From the NCBI GenBank assembly GCA_964016885.1, contig OZ024744.1, positions 134,230,001 through 134,294,000 on the forward strand: a stretch of 64,000 nucleotides of DNA, read 5' to 3'. The position numbers and the translations under genes were made by a program. Positions within the stretch are counted from its first letter, which is position 1. Every line of letters starts with the position of its first letter. Below, in pieces: positions 1-13,500 of the stretch. The DNA comes from Eledone cirrhosa (lineage: Eukaryota). Below the pieces are notes generated by a model. That model saw only the letters and a list, made by a program, of their open reading frames with translations, was not told where the DNA came from and did no database searches.

Positions 1-3000
1 GGGTTAAGTTAAGTTGGGGTTAAGTTAAGTTGGGGTTAAGTTAATTTGTGGTTAAGTTAAGTTGGGGTTAAGTTAAGTTGGGGTTAAGTTAAGTTGGGGT
101 TAAGTTAAGTCGGGGTTAAATTAAGTTGGGGTTAAGTTAAGTTGGGGTTAATTTAAGTTGGGGTTAAGTTAAGTTGGGGTTAAGTTAAGTTGGGGTTAAA
201 TTAAGTTGGGGTTAAGTTAAGTTGGGGTTAAGTCAAGTTGGGGTTAAGTTAAGTTGGGGATAAGTTAAGTTGGGGATAATTTAAGTTGGGGTTAAGTTAA
301 GTTGGGTTTAAGTTAAGTTGGGGTTAAGTTAAGTTGGGGTTAAGTTAAGTTGGGGTTAAGTTAAGTAGGGGTTAAGTTAAGTCGGGGTTAAGTTAAGTTG
401 GGGTTAAGTTAAGTTGGGGTTAAGTTAAGTCGGGGTTAAGTTAAGTTGGGGTTAAGTTAAGTTGGGGTTAATTTAAGTTGGGGTTAAGTTAAGTTGGGGT
501 TAAGTTAAGTTGGGGTTAAGTTAAGATGGGGTTAATTTAAGTTGGGGTTAAGTTAAGTTGAGGTTAAGTTAAGTTGGGGTTAAATTAAGTTGGGGTTAAG
601 TTAAGTTGGGGTTAAGTCAAGTTGGGGTTAAGTTAAGTTGGGGTTAATTTAAGTTGGGGCTAAGTTAAGTTGGGACTGAGTTAAGTTGGGGTTAAGTTAA
701 GTTGGGGTTAAGTTAAGTTGGGGTTAAGTTAAGTTGGAGTTTATTTAAGTTGGGGTTAAGTTAAGTTGGGGTTCAGTTAAGTTGGGGTTAAGTTAAGTTG
801 GGGTTAAGATGGGGTTAAATTAAGTTGGGGTTAAGTTAAGTTGGGGTTAATTTAAGTTGGGGTTAAGTTAAGTTGGGGTTAAGTTAAGTCGGGGTTAAGT
901 TAAGTCGGGGTTAAGTTAAGTTAGGGTTCAGTTAAGTTGGGGTTAAGTTAAGTTGGGGTTGAGTTAAGTTGGGGTTGAGTTAAATTGGGGTTGAGTTAAG
1001 TTGGGGTTGAGTTAAGTTGGTGTTGAGTTAAGTTGGGGTTAAGTTAAGTTGGGGTTAAGTTAATTTGTGGTTAAGTTAAGTTGGGGTTAAGTTAAGTTGG
1101 GGTTAAGTTAAGTTGGGGGTAAGTTAAGTCGGGGTTAAGTTAAGTTGGGGTTGAGTTAAGTTGGGGTTAATTTAAGTTGGGGTTAAGTTAAGTTGGGGTT
1201 AAGTTAAGTTGGGGTTAAGTTAAGTTGGGGTTAAGTTAAGTTGGGGTTAAGTTAAGTTGAGGTTAAGTTAAGTTGGGGTTAAATTAAGTTGGGGTTAAGT
1301 TAAGTTGGAGTTAAGTTAAGTTGGGGTTAAGTTAAGTTGGGGATAAGTTAAGTTGGGGATAATTTAAGTTGGGGTTAAGTTAAGTTGGGTTTAAGTTAAG
1401 TTGGGGTTAAGTTAAGTTGGGGATAAGTTAAGTTGGGGTTAAGTTAAGTTGGGGTTAAGTTAAGTTGGGGTTAAGTTAAGTTGGGGCTAAGTTAAGTTGG
1501 GGCTGAGTTAAGTTGGGGTTAAGTTAAGTTGGGGTTAAGTTAAGTTGGGGTTAATTTAAGTTGGGGTTTATTTAAGTTGGGGTTAAGTTAAGTTGGGGTT
1601 AAGATGGGGTTAAATTAAGTTGGGGTTAAGTTAAGTTGGGGTTAATTTAAGTTGGGGTTAAGTTAAGTTGGGGTTAAGTTAAGTCGGGGTTAAGTTAAGT
1701 CGGGGTTAAGTTAAGTTAGGGTTCAGTTAAGTTGGGGTTAAGTTAAGTTGGGGTTGAGTTAAGTTGGGGTTGAGTTAAATTGGGGTTGAGTTAAGTTGGG
1801 GTTGAGTTAAGTTGGTGTTGAGTTAAGTTGGGGTTAAGTTAAGTTGGGGTTAAGTTAATTTGTGGTTAAGTTAAGTTGGGGTTAAGTTAAGTTGGGGTTA
1901 AGTTAAGTTGGGGGTAAGTTAAGTCGGGGTTAAGTTAAGTTGGGGTTGAGTTAAGTTGGGGTTAATTTAAGTTGGGGTTAAGTTAAGTTGGGGTTAAGTT
2001 AAGTTGGAGTTAAGTTAAGTTGGGGTTAAGTTAAGTTGGGGATAAGTTAAGTTGGGGATAATTTAAGTTGGGGTTAAGTTAAGTTGGGTTTAAGTTAAGT
2101 TGGGGTTAAGTTAAGTTGGGGATAAGTTAAGTTGGGGTTAAGTTAAGTTGGGGTTAAGTTAAGTTGGGGTTAAGTTAAGTTGGGGCTAAGTTAAGTTGGG
2201 GCTGAGTTAAGTTGGGGTTAAGTTAAGTTGGGGTTAAGTTAAGTTGGGGTTAATTTAAGTTGGGGTTTATTTAAGTTGGGGTTACGTTAAGTTGGTGTTA
2301 AGTTAAGTTGGGGTTAATTTAAGTTGGGGTTAATTAAGTTGGGGTTAAGTTAAGTTGGGGTTAAGTTAAGTTGGGGTTAAGTTAAGTTGGGGTTAAGTTA
2401 AGTTGGGGTTAATTTAAGTTGGGGTTAAGTTAAGTTGGGGTTAAGTTAAGTTGAGGTTAAGTTAAGTTGGGGTTAAATTAAGTTGGGGTTAAGTTAAGTT
2501 GGGGTTAAGTTAAGTTGGGGTTAAGTTAAGTTGGGGATAAGTTAAGTTGGGGATAATTTAAGTTGGGGTTAAGTTAAGTTGGGGTTAAATTAAGTTGGGG
2601 TTAAGTTAAGTTGGGGTTAAGTTAAGTTGGGGTTAAGTTAAGTTGGGGATAAGTTAAGTTGGGGATAATTTAAGTTGGGGTTAAGTTAAGTTGGGTTTAA
2701 GTTAAGTTGGGGTTAAGTTAAGTTGAGGATAAGTTAAGTTGGGGTTAAGTTAAGTTGGGGTTAAGTTAAGTTGGGGTTAAGTTAAGTTGGGGCTAAGTTA
2801 AGTTGGGGATACGTTAAGTTGGAGTTAAGTTAAGTTGAGGTTAAGTTAAGTTGGGGTTAAATTAAGTTGGGGTTAAGTTAAGTTGGGGTTAAGTTAAGTT
2901 GGGGTTACGTTAAGTTGGGGATAAGTTAAGTTGGGGATAATTTAAGTTGGGGTTAAGTTAAGTTGGGTTTAAGTTAAGTTGGGGTTAAGTTAAGTTGGGG

Positions 3001-6000
3001 ATAAGTTAAGTTGGGGTTAAGTTAAGTTGGGGTTAAGTTAAGTTGGGGTTAAGTTAAGTTGGGGCTAAGTTAAGTTGGGGCTGAGTTAAGTTGGGGTTAA
3101 GTTAAGTTGGGGTTAAGTTAAGTCGGGGTTAATTTAAGTTGGGGTTTATTTAAGTTGGGGTTACGTTAAGTTGGTGTTAAGTTAAGTTGGGGTTAATTTA
3201 AGTTGGGGTTAATTAAGTTGGGGTTAAGTTAAGTTGGGGTTAAGTTAAGTTGGGGTTAATTTAAGTTGGGGTTGAGTTAAGTTGGGGTTAAGTTAAGTTG
3301 GGGTTATATTAAGTTGGGGTTAAGTTACGTTGGGGTTCAGTTAAGTTGGGTATAAGTTAAGTTGGGGTTAAGTTAATTTGGGGTTAAGTTAAGTTGGGGT
3401 TAAGTTAAGTTGGGGTTAAGTTAAGTTGGGGTTAAGTTAAGTTGGTGTTAAGTTAAGTTGGGGCTAAGTTAAGTTGGGGCTGAGTTAAGTTGGGGCTGAG
3501 TTAAGTTGGGGTTAAGTTAAGTTGGGGTCAAGTTAAGTTGGGGTTAAGTTGGGGTTAAGTTAAGTTAGGTTTAAGTTAAGATGGGGTTATGTTAAGTTGG
3601 GGTTAAGTTAAGTTGGGGTTAAGTTAAGTCGGGGTTAAGTTAAGTTGGGGTTAAGTTAAGTTGGGGTTAATTTAAGTTGGGGTTAAGTTAAGTTGGGGTC
3701 AAGTTAAGTTGGGGTTAAGTTGGGGTTAAGTTAATTTGTGGTTAAGTTAAGTTGGGGTTAAGTTAAGTTGGGGTTAAGTTAAGTTGGGGTTAAGTTAAGT
3801 CGGGGTTAAGTTAAGTTGGGGTTAAGTTAAGTTGGGGTTAATTTAAGTTGGGGTTAAGTTAAGTTGGGGTCAAGTTAAGTTGGGGTTAAGTTGGGGTTAA
3901 GTTAAGTTAGGTTTAAGTTAAGTTGGGGTTAAGTTAAGTTGGGGTTAAGTTAAGTTGGGGTTAAGTTAAGTTGGGGTTAAGTTAATTTGTGGTTAAGTTA
4001 AGTTGGGGTTAAGTTAAGTTGGGGTTAAGTTAAGTTGGGGTTAAGTTAAGTCGGGGTTAAGTTAAGTTGGGGTTAAGTTAAGTTGGGGTTAATTTAAGTT
4101 GGGGTTAAGTTAAGTTGGGGTTAAGTTAAGTTGGGGTTAAATTAAGTTGGGGTTATGTTAAGTTGGGGTTAAGTCAAGTTGGGGTTAATTTAAGTTGGGG
4201 ATAAGTTAAGTTGGGGATAATTTAAGTTGGGGTTAAGTTAAGTTGGGTTTAAGTTAAGTTGGGGTAAAGTTAAGTTGGGGTTAAGTTAAGTTGGGGTTAA
4301 GTTAAGTTGGGGTTAAGTTAAGTTGGGGTTAAGTTAAGTTGGGGCTAAGTTAAGTTGGGGCTGAGTTAAGTTGGGGTTAAGTTAAGTTGGGCTTAATTTA
4401 AGTCGGGGTTAAGTTAAGTTAGGGTTCAGTTAAGTTGGGGTTAAGTTAAGTTGGGGTTAAGTTAAGTTGGGGTTAAGTTAAGTCGGGGTTAAGTTAAGTT
4501 GGGGTTAAGTTAAGTTGGGGTTAAGTTAAGTCGGGGTTAAGTTAAGTTGGAGTTAAGTTAAGTTGGGGTTAATTTAAGTTGGGGTTAAGTTAAGTTGGGG
4601 TTAAGTTAAGTTGGGGTTAAGTTAAGATGGGGTTAATTTAAGTTGGGGTTAAGTTAAGTTGAGGTTAAGTTAAGTTGGGGTTAAATTAAGTTGGGGTTAA
4701 GTTAAGTTGGGGTTAAGTCAAGTTGGGGTTAAGTTAAGTTGGGGTTAAGATGGGGTTAAATTAAGTTGGGGTTAAGTTAAGTTGGGGTTAATTTAAGTTG
4801 GGGTTAAGTTAAGTTGGGGTTAAGTTAAGTCGGGGTTAAGTTAAGTCGGGGTTAAGTTAAGTTAGGGTTCAGTTAAGTTGGGGTTAAGTTAAGTTGGGGT
4901 TGAGTTAAGTTGGGGTTGAGTTAAATTGGGGTTGAGTTAAGTTGGGGTTGAGTTAAGTTGGTGTTGAGTTAAGTTGGGGTTAAGTTAAGTTGGGGTTACC
5001 TTAATTTGTGGTTAAGTTAAGTTGGGGTTAAGTTAAGTTGGGGTTAAGTTAAGTTGGGGTTAAGTTAAGTCGGGGTTAAGTTAAGTTGGGGTTGAGTTAA
5101 GTTGGGGTTAATTTAAGTTGGGGTTAAGTTAAGTTGGGGTTAAGTTAAGTTGGGGTTAAGTTAAGTTGGGGTTAAGTTAAGTTGAGGTTAAGTTAAGTTG
5201 GGGTTAAGTTAAGTTGGGGTTAAGTTAAGTTGGGGTTAAGTTAAGTTGGGGATAAGTTAAGTTGGGGATAATTTAAGTTGGGGTTAAGTTAAGTTGGGTT
5301 TAAGTTAAGTTGGGGTTAAGTTAAGTTCGGGATAAGTTAAGTTGGGGTTAAGTTAAGTTGGGGTTAAGTTAAGTTGGGGTTAAGTTAAGTTGGGGCTAAG
5401 TTAAGTTGGGGCTGAGTTAAGTTGGGGTTAAGTTAAGTTGGGGTTAAGTTAAGTTGGGGTTAATTTAAGTTGGGGTTTATTTAAGTTGGGGTTACGTTAA
5501 GTTGGTGTTAAGTTAAGTTGGGGTTAATTTAATTGGGGTTAATTAAGTTGGGGTTAAGTTAAGTTGGGGTTAAGTTAAGTTGGGGTTAATTTAAGTTGGG
5601 GTTGAGTTAAGTTGGGGTTAAGTTAAGTTGGGGTTATATTAAGTTGGGGTTAAGTTAAGTTGGGGTTCAGTTAAGTTGGGTATAAGTTAAGTTGGGGCTA
5701 AGTTAAGTTGGGGCTGAGTTAAGTTGGGGCTGAGTTAAGTTGGGGTTAAGTTAAGTTGGGGTCAAGTTAAGTTGGGGTTAAGTTGGGGTTAAGTTAAGTT
5801 AGGTTTAAGTTAAGATGGGGTTAAGTTAAGTTGGGGTTAAGTTAAGTTGGGGTTAAGTTAAGTCGGGGTTAAGTTAAGTTGGGGTTAAGTTAAGTTGGGG
5901 TTAATTTAAGTTGGGGTTAAGTTAAGTTGGGGTCAAGTTAAGTTGGGGTTAAGTTGGGGTTAAGTTAATTTGTGGTTAAGTTAAGTTGGGGTTAAGTTGG

Positions 6001-9000
6001 GGTTAAGTTAAGTTAGGTTTAAGTTAAGTTGGGGTTAAGTTAAGTTGGGGTTAAGTTAATTTGTGGTTAAGTTAAGTTGGGGTTAAGTTGGGGTTAAGTT
6101 AAGTTAGGTTTAAGTTAAGTTGGGGTCAAGTTAAGTTGGGGTTAAGTTGGGGTTAAGTTAAGTTAGGTTTAAGTTAATTTGGGGTTAAGTTAAGTTGGGG
6201 TTAAGTTAAGTTGGGGTTAAGTTAATTTGGGGTTAAGTTAATTTGTGGTTAAGTTAAGTTAGGGTTAAGTTAAGTTGGGGTTAAGTTAAGTTGGGGTTAA
6301 GTTAAGTCGGGGTTAAGTTAAGTTGGGGTTAAGTTAAGTTGGGGTTAATTTAAGTTGGGGTTAAATTAAGTTGGGGTTAAGTTAAGTTGGGGTTAAGTCA
6401 AGTTGGGGTTAAGTTAAGTTGGGGATAAGTTAAGTTGGGGATAATTTAAGTTGGGGTTAAGTTAAGTTGGGTTTAAGTTAAGTTGGGGTTAAGTTAAGTT
6501 GGGGTTAAGTTAAATTGGGGTTAAGTTAAGTTGGGGTTAAGTTAAGTTGGGGTTAAGTTAAGTTGGGGCTAAGTTAAGTTGGGGCTGAGTTAAGTTGGGG
6601 TTAAGTTAAGTTGGGCTTAATTTAAGTCGGGGTTAAGTTAAGTTAGGGTTCAGTTAAGTTGGGGTTAAGTTAAGTTTGGGTTAAGTTAAGTTGGGGTTAA
6701 GTTAAGTCGGGGTTAAGTTAAGTTGGGGTTAAGTTAAGTTGGGGTTAAGTTAAGTCGGGGTTAAGTTAAGTTGGGGTTAAGTTAAGTTGGGATTAATTTA
6801 AGTTGGGGTTAAGTTAAGTTGGGGTTAAGTTAAGTTGGGGTTAAGTTAAGATGGGGTTAATTTAAGTTGGGGTTAAGTTAAGTTGAGGTTAAGTTAAGTT
6901 GGGGTTAACTTAAGTTGGGGTTAAGTTAAGTTGGGGTTAAGTCAAGTTGGGGTTAAGTTAAGTTGGGGATAAGTTAAGTTGGGAATAATTTAAGTTGGGT
7001 TTAAGTTAAGTTGGGGTTAAGTTAAGTTGGGGTTAAGTTAAGTTGGGGTTAAGTAAAGTTGGGGTTAATTTAAGTTGGGGCTAAGTTAAGTTGGGACTGA
7101 GTTAAGTTGGGGTTAAGTTAAGTTGGGGTTAAGTTAAGTTGGGGTTAAGTTAAGTTGGAGTTTATTTAAGTTGGGGTTAAGTTAAGTTGGGGTTCAGTTA
7201 AGTTGGGGTTAAGTTAAGTTGGGGTTAAGATGGGGTTAAATTAAGTTGGGGTTAAGTTAAGTTGGGGTTAATTTAAGTTGGGGTTAATTTAAGTCGGGGT
7301 TAAGTTAAGTCGGGGTTAAGTTAAGTTAGGGTTCAGTTAAGTTGGGGTTAAGTTAAGTTGGGGTTGAGTTAAGTTGGGGTTGAGTTAAATTGGGGTTGAG
7401 TTAAGTTGGGGTTGAGTTAAGTTGGTGTTGAGTTAAGTTGGGGTTAAGTTAAGTTGGGGTTAAGTTAATTTGTGGTTAAGTTAAGTTGGGGTTAAGTTAA
7501 GTTGGGGTTAAGTTAAGTTGGGGTTATATTAAGTTGGGGTTAAGTTAAGTTGGGGTTCAGTTAAGTTGGGTATAAGTTAAGTTGGGGTTAAGTTAAGTTG
7601 GGGTTAAGTTAAGTTGGGGTTAAGTTAAGTTGGTGTTAAGTTAAGTTGGGGCTAAGTTAAGTTGGGGCTGAGTTAAGTTGGGGCTGAGTTAAGTTAGGGT
7701 TAAGTTAAGTTGGGGTCAAGTTAAGTTGGGGTTAAGTTGGGGTTAAGTGAAGTTAGGTTTAAGTTAAGATGGGGTTAAGTTAAGTTGGGGTTAAGTTAAG
7801 TTGGGGTTAAGTTAAGTCGGGGTTAAGTTAAGTTGGGGTTAATTTAAGTTGGGGTTAAGTTAAGTTGGGGTCAAGTTAAGTTGGGGTTAAGTTGGGGTTA
7901 AGTTAATTTGTGGTTAAGTTAAGTTGGGGTTAAGTTGGGGTTAAGTTAAGTTAGGTTTAAGTTAAGTTGGGGTTAAGTTAAGTTGGGGTTAAGTTAATTT
8001 GTGGTTAAGTTAAGTTGGGGTTAAGTTGGGGTTAAGTTAAGTTAGGTTTAAGTTAAGTTGGGGTCAAGTTAAGTTGGGGTTAAGTTAAGTTAGGTTTAAG
8101 TTAAGTTGGGGTTAAGTTAAGTTGGGGTTAAGTTAAGTTGGGGTTAAGTTAAGTTGGGGTTAAGTTAATTTGTGGTTAAGTTAAGTTGGGGTTAAGTTAA
8201 GTTGGGGTTAAGTTAAGTTGGGGTTAAGTTAAGTCGGGGTTAAGTTAAGTTGGGGTTAAGTTAAGTTGGGGTTAATTTAAGTTGGGGTTAAGTTAAGTTG
8301 GGGTTAAGTTAAGTTGGGGTTAAATTAAGTTGGGGTTAAGTTAAGTTGGGGTTAAGTCAAGTTGGGGTTAAGTTAAGTTGGGGATAAGTTAAGTTGGGGA
8401 TAATTTAAGTTGGGGTTAAGTTAAGTTGGGTTTAAGTTAAGTTGGGGTTAAGTTAAGTTGGGGTTAAGTTAAGTTGGGGTTAAGTTAAGTTGGGGTTAAG
8501 TTAAGTCGGGGTTAAGTTAAGTTGGGGTTAAGTTAAGTTGGGGTTAAGTTAAGTCGGGGTTAAGTTAAGTTGGGGTTAAGTTAAGTTGGGGTTAATTTAA
8601 GTTGGGGTTAAGTTAAGTTGGGGTTAAGTTAAGTTGGGGTTAAGTTAAGATGGGGTTAATTTAAGTTGGGGTTAAGTTAAGTTGAGGTTAAGTTAAGTTG
8701 GGGTTAAATTAAGTTGGGGTTAAGTTAAGTTGGGGTTAAGTCAAGTTGGGGTTAAGTTAAGTTGGGGATAAGCTAAGTTGGGGATAATTTAAGTTGGGTT
8801 TAAGTTAAGTTGGGGTTAAGTTAAGTTGGGGTTAAGTTAAGTTGGGGTTAATTTAAGTTGGGGCTAAGTTAAGTTGGGACTGAGTTAAGTTGGGGTTAAG
8901 TTAAGTTGGGGTTAAGTTAAGTTGGGGTTAAGTTAAGTTGGAGTTTATTTAAGTTGGGGTTAAGTTAAGTTGGGGTTCAGTTAAGTTGGGGTTAAGTTAA

Positions 9001-10525
9001 GTTGGGGTTAAGATGGGGTTAAATTAAGTTGGGGTTAAGTTAAGTTGGGGTTAATTTAAGTTGGGGTTAAGTTAAGTTGGGGTTAAGTTAAGTCGGGGTT
9101 AAGTTAAGTCGGGGTTAAGTTAAGTTAGGGTTCAGTTAAGTTGGGGTTAAGTTAAGTTGGGGTTGAGTTAAGTTGGGGTTGAGTTAAATTGGGGTTGAGT
9201 TAAGTTGGGGTTGAGTTAAGTTGGTGTTGAGTTAAGTTGGGGTTAAGTTAAGTTGGGGTTAAGTTAATTTGTGGTTAAGTTAAGTTGGGGTTAAGTTAAG
9301 TTGGGGTTAAGTTAAGTTGGGGGTAAGTTAAGTCGGGGTTAAGTTAAGTTGGGGTTGAGTTAAGTTGGGGTTAATTTAAGTTGGGGTTAAGTTAAGTTGG
9401 GGTTAAGTTAAGTTGGGGTTAAGTTAAGTTGGGGTTAAGTTAAGTTGAGGTTAAGTTAAGTTGGGGTTAAATTAAGTTGGGGTTAAGTTAAGTTGGAGTT
9501 AAGTTAAGTTGGGGTTAAGTTAAGTTGGGGATAAGTTAAGTTGGGGATAATTTAAGTTGGGGTTAAGTTAAGTTGGGTTTAAGTTAAGTTGGGGTTAAGT
9601 TAAGTTGGGGATAAGTTAAGTTGGGGTTAAGTTAAGTTGGGGTTAAGTTAAGTTGGGGTTAAGTTAAGTTGGGGCTAAGTTAAGTTGGGGCTGAGTTAAG
9701 TTGGTGTTAAGTTAAGTTGGGGTTAAGTTAAGTTGGGGTTAATTTAAGTTGGGGTTTATTTAAGTTGGGGTTACGTTAAGTTGGTGTTAAGTTAAGTTGG
9801 GGTTAATTTAAGTTGGGGTTAATTAAGTTGGGGTTAAGTTAAGTTGGGGTTAAGTTAAGTTGGGGTTAAGTTAAGTTGGGGTTAAGTTAAGTTGGGGTTA
9901 ATTTAAGTTGGGGTTAAGTTAAGTTGGGGTTAAGTTAAGTTGAGGTTAAGTTAAGTTGGGGTTAAATTAAGTTGGGGTTAAGTTAAGTTGGGGTTAAGTT
10001 AAGTTGGGGTTAAGTTAAGTTGGGGATAAGTTAAGTTGGGGATAATTTAAGTTGGGGTTAAGTTAAGTTGGGGTTAAATTAAGTTGGGGTTAAGTTAAGT
10101 TGGGGTTAAGTTAAGTTGGGGTTAAGTTAAGTTGGGGATAAGTTAAGTTGGGGATAATTTAAGTTGGGGTTAAGTTAAGTTGGGTTTAAGTTAAGTTGGG
10201 GTTAAGTTAAGTTGGGGATAAGTTAAGTTGGGGTTAAGTTAAGTTGGGGTTAAGTTAAGTTGGGGTTAAGTTAAGTTGGGGCTAAGTTAAGTTGGGGATA
10301 AGTTAAGTTGGGGTTAAGTTAAGTTGAGGTTAATTTAAGTTGGGGTTAAATTAAGTTGGGGTTAAGTTAAGTTGGGGTTAAGTTAAGTTGGGGTTACGTT
10401 ATGTTGGGGATAAGTTAAGTTGGGGATAATTTAAGTTGGGGTTAAGTTAAGTTGGGTTTAAGTTAAGTTAGGGTTAAGTTAAGTTGGGGATAAGTTAAGT
10501 TGGGGTTAAGTTAAGTTGGGGTTAA

Positions 10526-13500
10526 GTTAAGTTGGGGATAAGTTAAGTTGGGGATAATTTAAGTTGGGGTTAAGTTAAGTTGGGTTTAAGTTAAGTTGGG
10601 GTTAAGTTAAGTTCGGGATAAGTTAAGTTGGGGTTAAGTTAAGTTGGGGTTAAGTTAAGTTGGGGTTAAGTTAAGTTGGGGCTAAGTTAAGTTGGGGCTG
10701 AGTTAAGTTGGGGTTAAGTTAAGTTGGGGTTAAGTTAAGTTGGGGTTAATTTAAGTTGGGGTTTATTTAAGTTGGGGTTACGTTAAGTTGGTGTTAAGTT
10801 AAGTTGGGGTTAATTTAATTGGGGTTAATTAAGTTGGGGTTAAGTTAAGTTGGGGTTAAGTTAAGTTGGGGTTAATTTAAGTTGGGGTTGAGTTAAGTTG
10901 GGGTTAAGTTAAGTTGGGGTTATATTAAGTTGGGGTTAAGTTAAGTTGGGGTTCAGTTAAGTTGGGTATAAGTTAAGTTGGGGCTAAGTTAAGTTGGGGC
11001 TGAGTTAAGTTGGGGCTGAGTTAAGTTGGGGTTAAGTTAAGTTGGGGTCAAGTTAAGTTGGGGTTAAGTTGGGGTTAAGTTAAGTTAGGTTTAAGTTAAG
11101 ATGGGGTTAAGTTAAGTTGGGGTTAAGTTAAGTTGGGGTTAAGTTAAGTCGGGGTTAAGTTAAGTTGGGGTTAAGTTAAGTTGGGGTTAATTTAAGTTGG
11201 GGTTAAGTTAAGTTGGGGTCAAGTTAAGTTGGGGTTAAGTTGGGGTTAAGTTAATTTGTGGTTAAGTTAAGTTGGGGTTAAGTTGGGGTTAAGTTAAGTT
11301 AGGTTTAAGTTAAGTTGGGGTTAAGTTAAGTTGGGGTTAAGTTAATTTGTGGTTAAGTTAAGTTGGGGTTAAGTTGGGGTTAAGTTAAGTTAGGTTTAAG
11401 TTAAGTTGGGGTCAAGTTAAGTTGGGGTTAAGTTGGGGTTAAGTTAAGTTAGGTTTAAGTTAATTTGGGGTTAAGTTAAGTTGGGGTTAAGTTAAGTTGG
11501 GGTTAAGTTAATTTGGGGTTAAGTTAATTTGTGGTTAAGTTAAGTTAGGGTTAAGTTAAGTTGGGGTTAAGTTAAGTTGGGGTTAAGTTAAGTCGGGGTT
11601 AAGTTAAGTTGGGGTTAAGTTAAGTTGGGGTTAATTTAAGTTGGGGTTAAATTAAGTTGGGGTTAAGTTAAGTTGGGGTTAAGTCAAGTTGGGGTTAAGT
11701 TAAGTTGGGGATAAGTTAAGTTGGGGATAATTTAAGTTGGGGTTAAGTTAAGTTGGGTTTAAGTTAAGTTGGGGTTAAGTTAAGTTGGGGTTAAGTTAAA
11801 TTGGGGTTAAGTTAAGTTGGGGTTAAGTTAAGTTGGGGTTAAGTTAAGTTGGGGCTAAGTTAAGTTGGGGCTGAGTTAAGTTGGGGTTAAGTTAAGTTGG
11901 GCTTAATTTAAGTCGGGGTTAAGTTAAGTTAGGGTTCAGTTAAGTTGGGGTTAAGTTAAGTTTGGGTTAAGTTAAGTTGGGGTTAAGTTAAGTCGGGGTT
12001 AAGTTAAGTTGGGGTTAAGTTAAGTTGGGGTTAAGTTAAGTCGGGGTTAAGTTAAGTTGGGGTTAAGTTAAGTTGGGATTAATTTAAGTTGGGGTTAAGT
12101 TAAGTTGGGGTTAAGTTAAGTTGGGGTTAAGTTAAGATGGGGTTAATTTAAGTTGGGGTTAAGTTAAGTTGAGGTTAAGTTAAGTTGGGGTTAACTTAAG
12201 TTGGGGTTAAGTTAAGTTGGGGTTAAGTCAAGTTGGGGTTAAGTTAAGTTGGGGATAAGTTAAGTTGGGAATAATTTAAGTTGGGTTTAAGTTAAGTTGG
12301 GGTTAAGTTAAGTTGGGGTTAAGTTAAGTTGGGGTTAAGTAAAGTTGGGGTTAATTTAAGTTGGGGCTAAGTTAAGTTGGGACTGAGTTAAGTTGGGGTT
12401 AAGTTAAGTTGGGGTTAAGTTAAGTTGGGGTTAAGTTAAGTTGGAGTTTATTTAAGTTGGGGTTAAGTTAAGTTGGGGTTCAGTTAAGTTGGGGTTAAGT
12501 TAAGTTGGGGTTAAGATGGGGTTAAATTAAGTTGGGGTTAAGTTAAGTTGGGGTTAATTTAAGTTGGGGTTAATTTAAGTCGGGGTTAAGTTAAGTCGGG
12601 GTTAAGTTAAGTTAGGGTTCAGTTAAGTTGGGGTTAAGTTAAGTTGGGGTTGAGTTAAGTTGGGGTTGAGTTAAATTGGGGTTGAGTTAAGTTGGGGTTG
12701 AGTTAAGTTGGTGTTGAGTTAAGTTGGGGTTAAGTTAAGTTGGGGTTAAGTTAATTTGTGGTTAAGTTAAGTTGGGGTTAAGTTAAGTTGGGGTTAAGTT
12801 AAGTTGGGGTTATATTAAGTTGGGGTTAAGTTAAGTTGGGGTTCAGTTAAGTTGGGTATAAGTTAAGTTGGGGTTAAGTTAAGTTGGGGTTAAGTTAAGT
12901 TGGGGTTAAGTTAAGTTGGTGTTAAGTTAAGTTGGGGCTAAGTTAAGTTGGGGCTGAGTTAAGTTGGGGCTGAGTTAAGTTAGGGTTAAGTTAAGTTGGG
13001 GTCAAGTTAAGTTGGGGTTAAGTTGGGGTTAAGTGAAGTTAGGTTTAAGTTAAGATGGGGTTAAGTTAAGTTGGGGTTAAGTTAAGTTGGGGTTAAGTTA
13101 AGTCGGGGTTAAGTTAAGTTGGGGTTAATTTAAGTTGGGGTTAAGTTAAGTTGGGGTCAAGTTAAGTTGGGGTTAAGTTGGGGTTAAGTTAATTTGTGGT
13201 TAAGTTAAGTTGGGGTTAAGTTGGGGTTAAGTTAAGTTAGGTTTAAGTTAAGTTGGGGTTAAGTTAAGTTGGGGTTAAGTTAATTTGTGGTTAAGTTAAG
13301 TTGGGGTTAAGTTGGGGTTAAGTTAAGTTAGGTTTAAGTTAAGTTGGGGTCAAGTTAAGTTGGGGTTAAGTTAAGTTAGGTTTAAGTTAAGTTGGGGTTA
13401 AGTTAAGTTGGGGTTAAGTTAAGTTGGGGTTAAGTTAAGTTGGGGTTAAGTTAATTTGTGGTTAAGTTAAGTTGGGGTTAAGTTAAGTTGGGGTTAAGTT

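Noticed and set aside
3300-3360. TATA-like motifs (TTATATT, GGGTATAAG) as promoters
   Set aside because: These are one- or two-base variants of the monomer, with no downstream gene or other promoter context.
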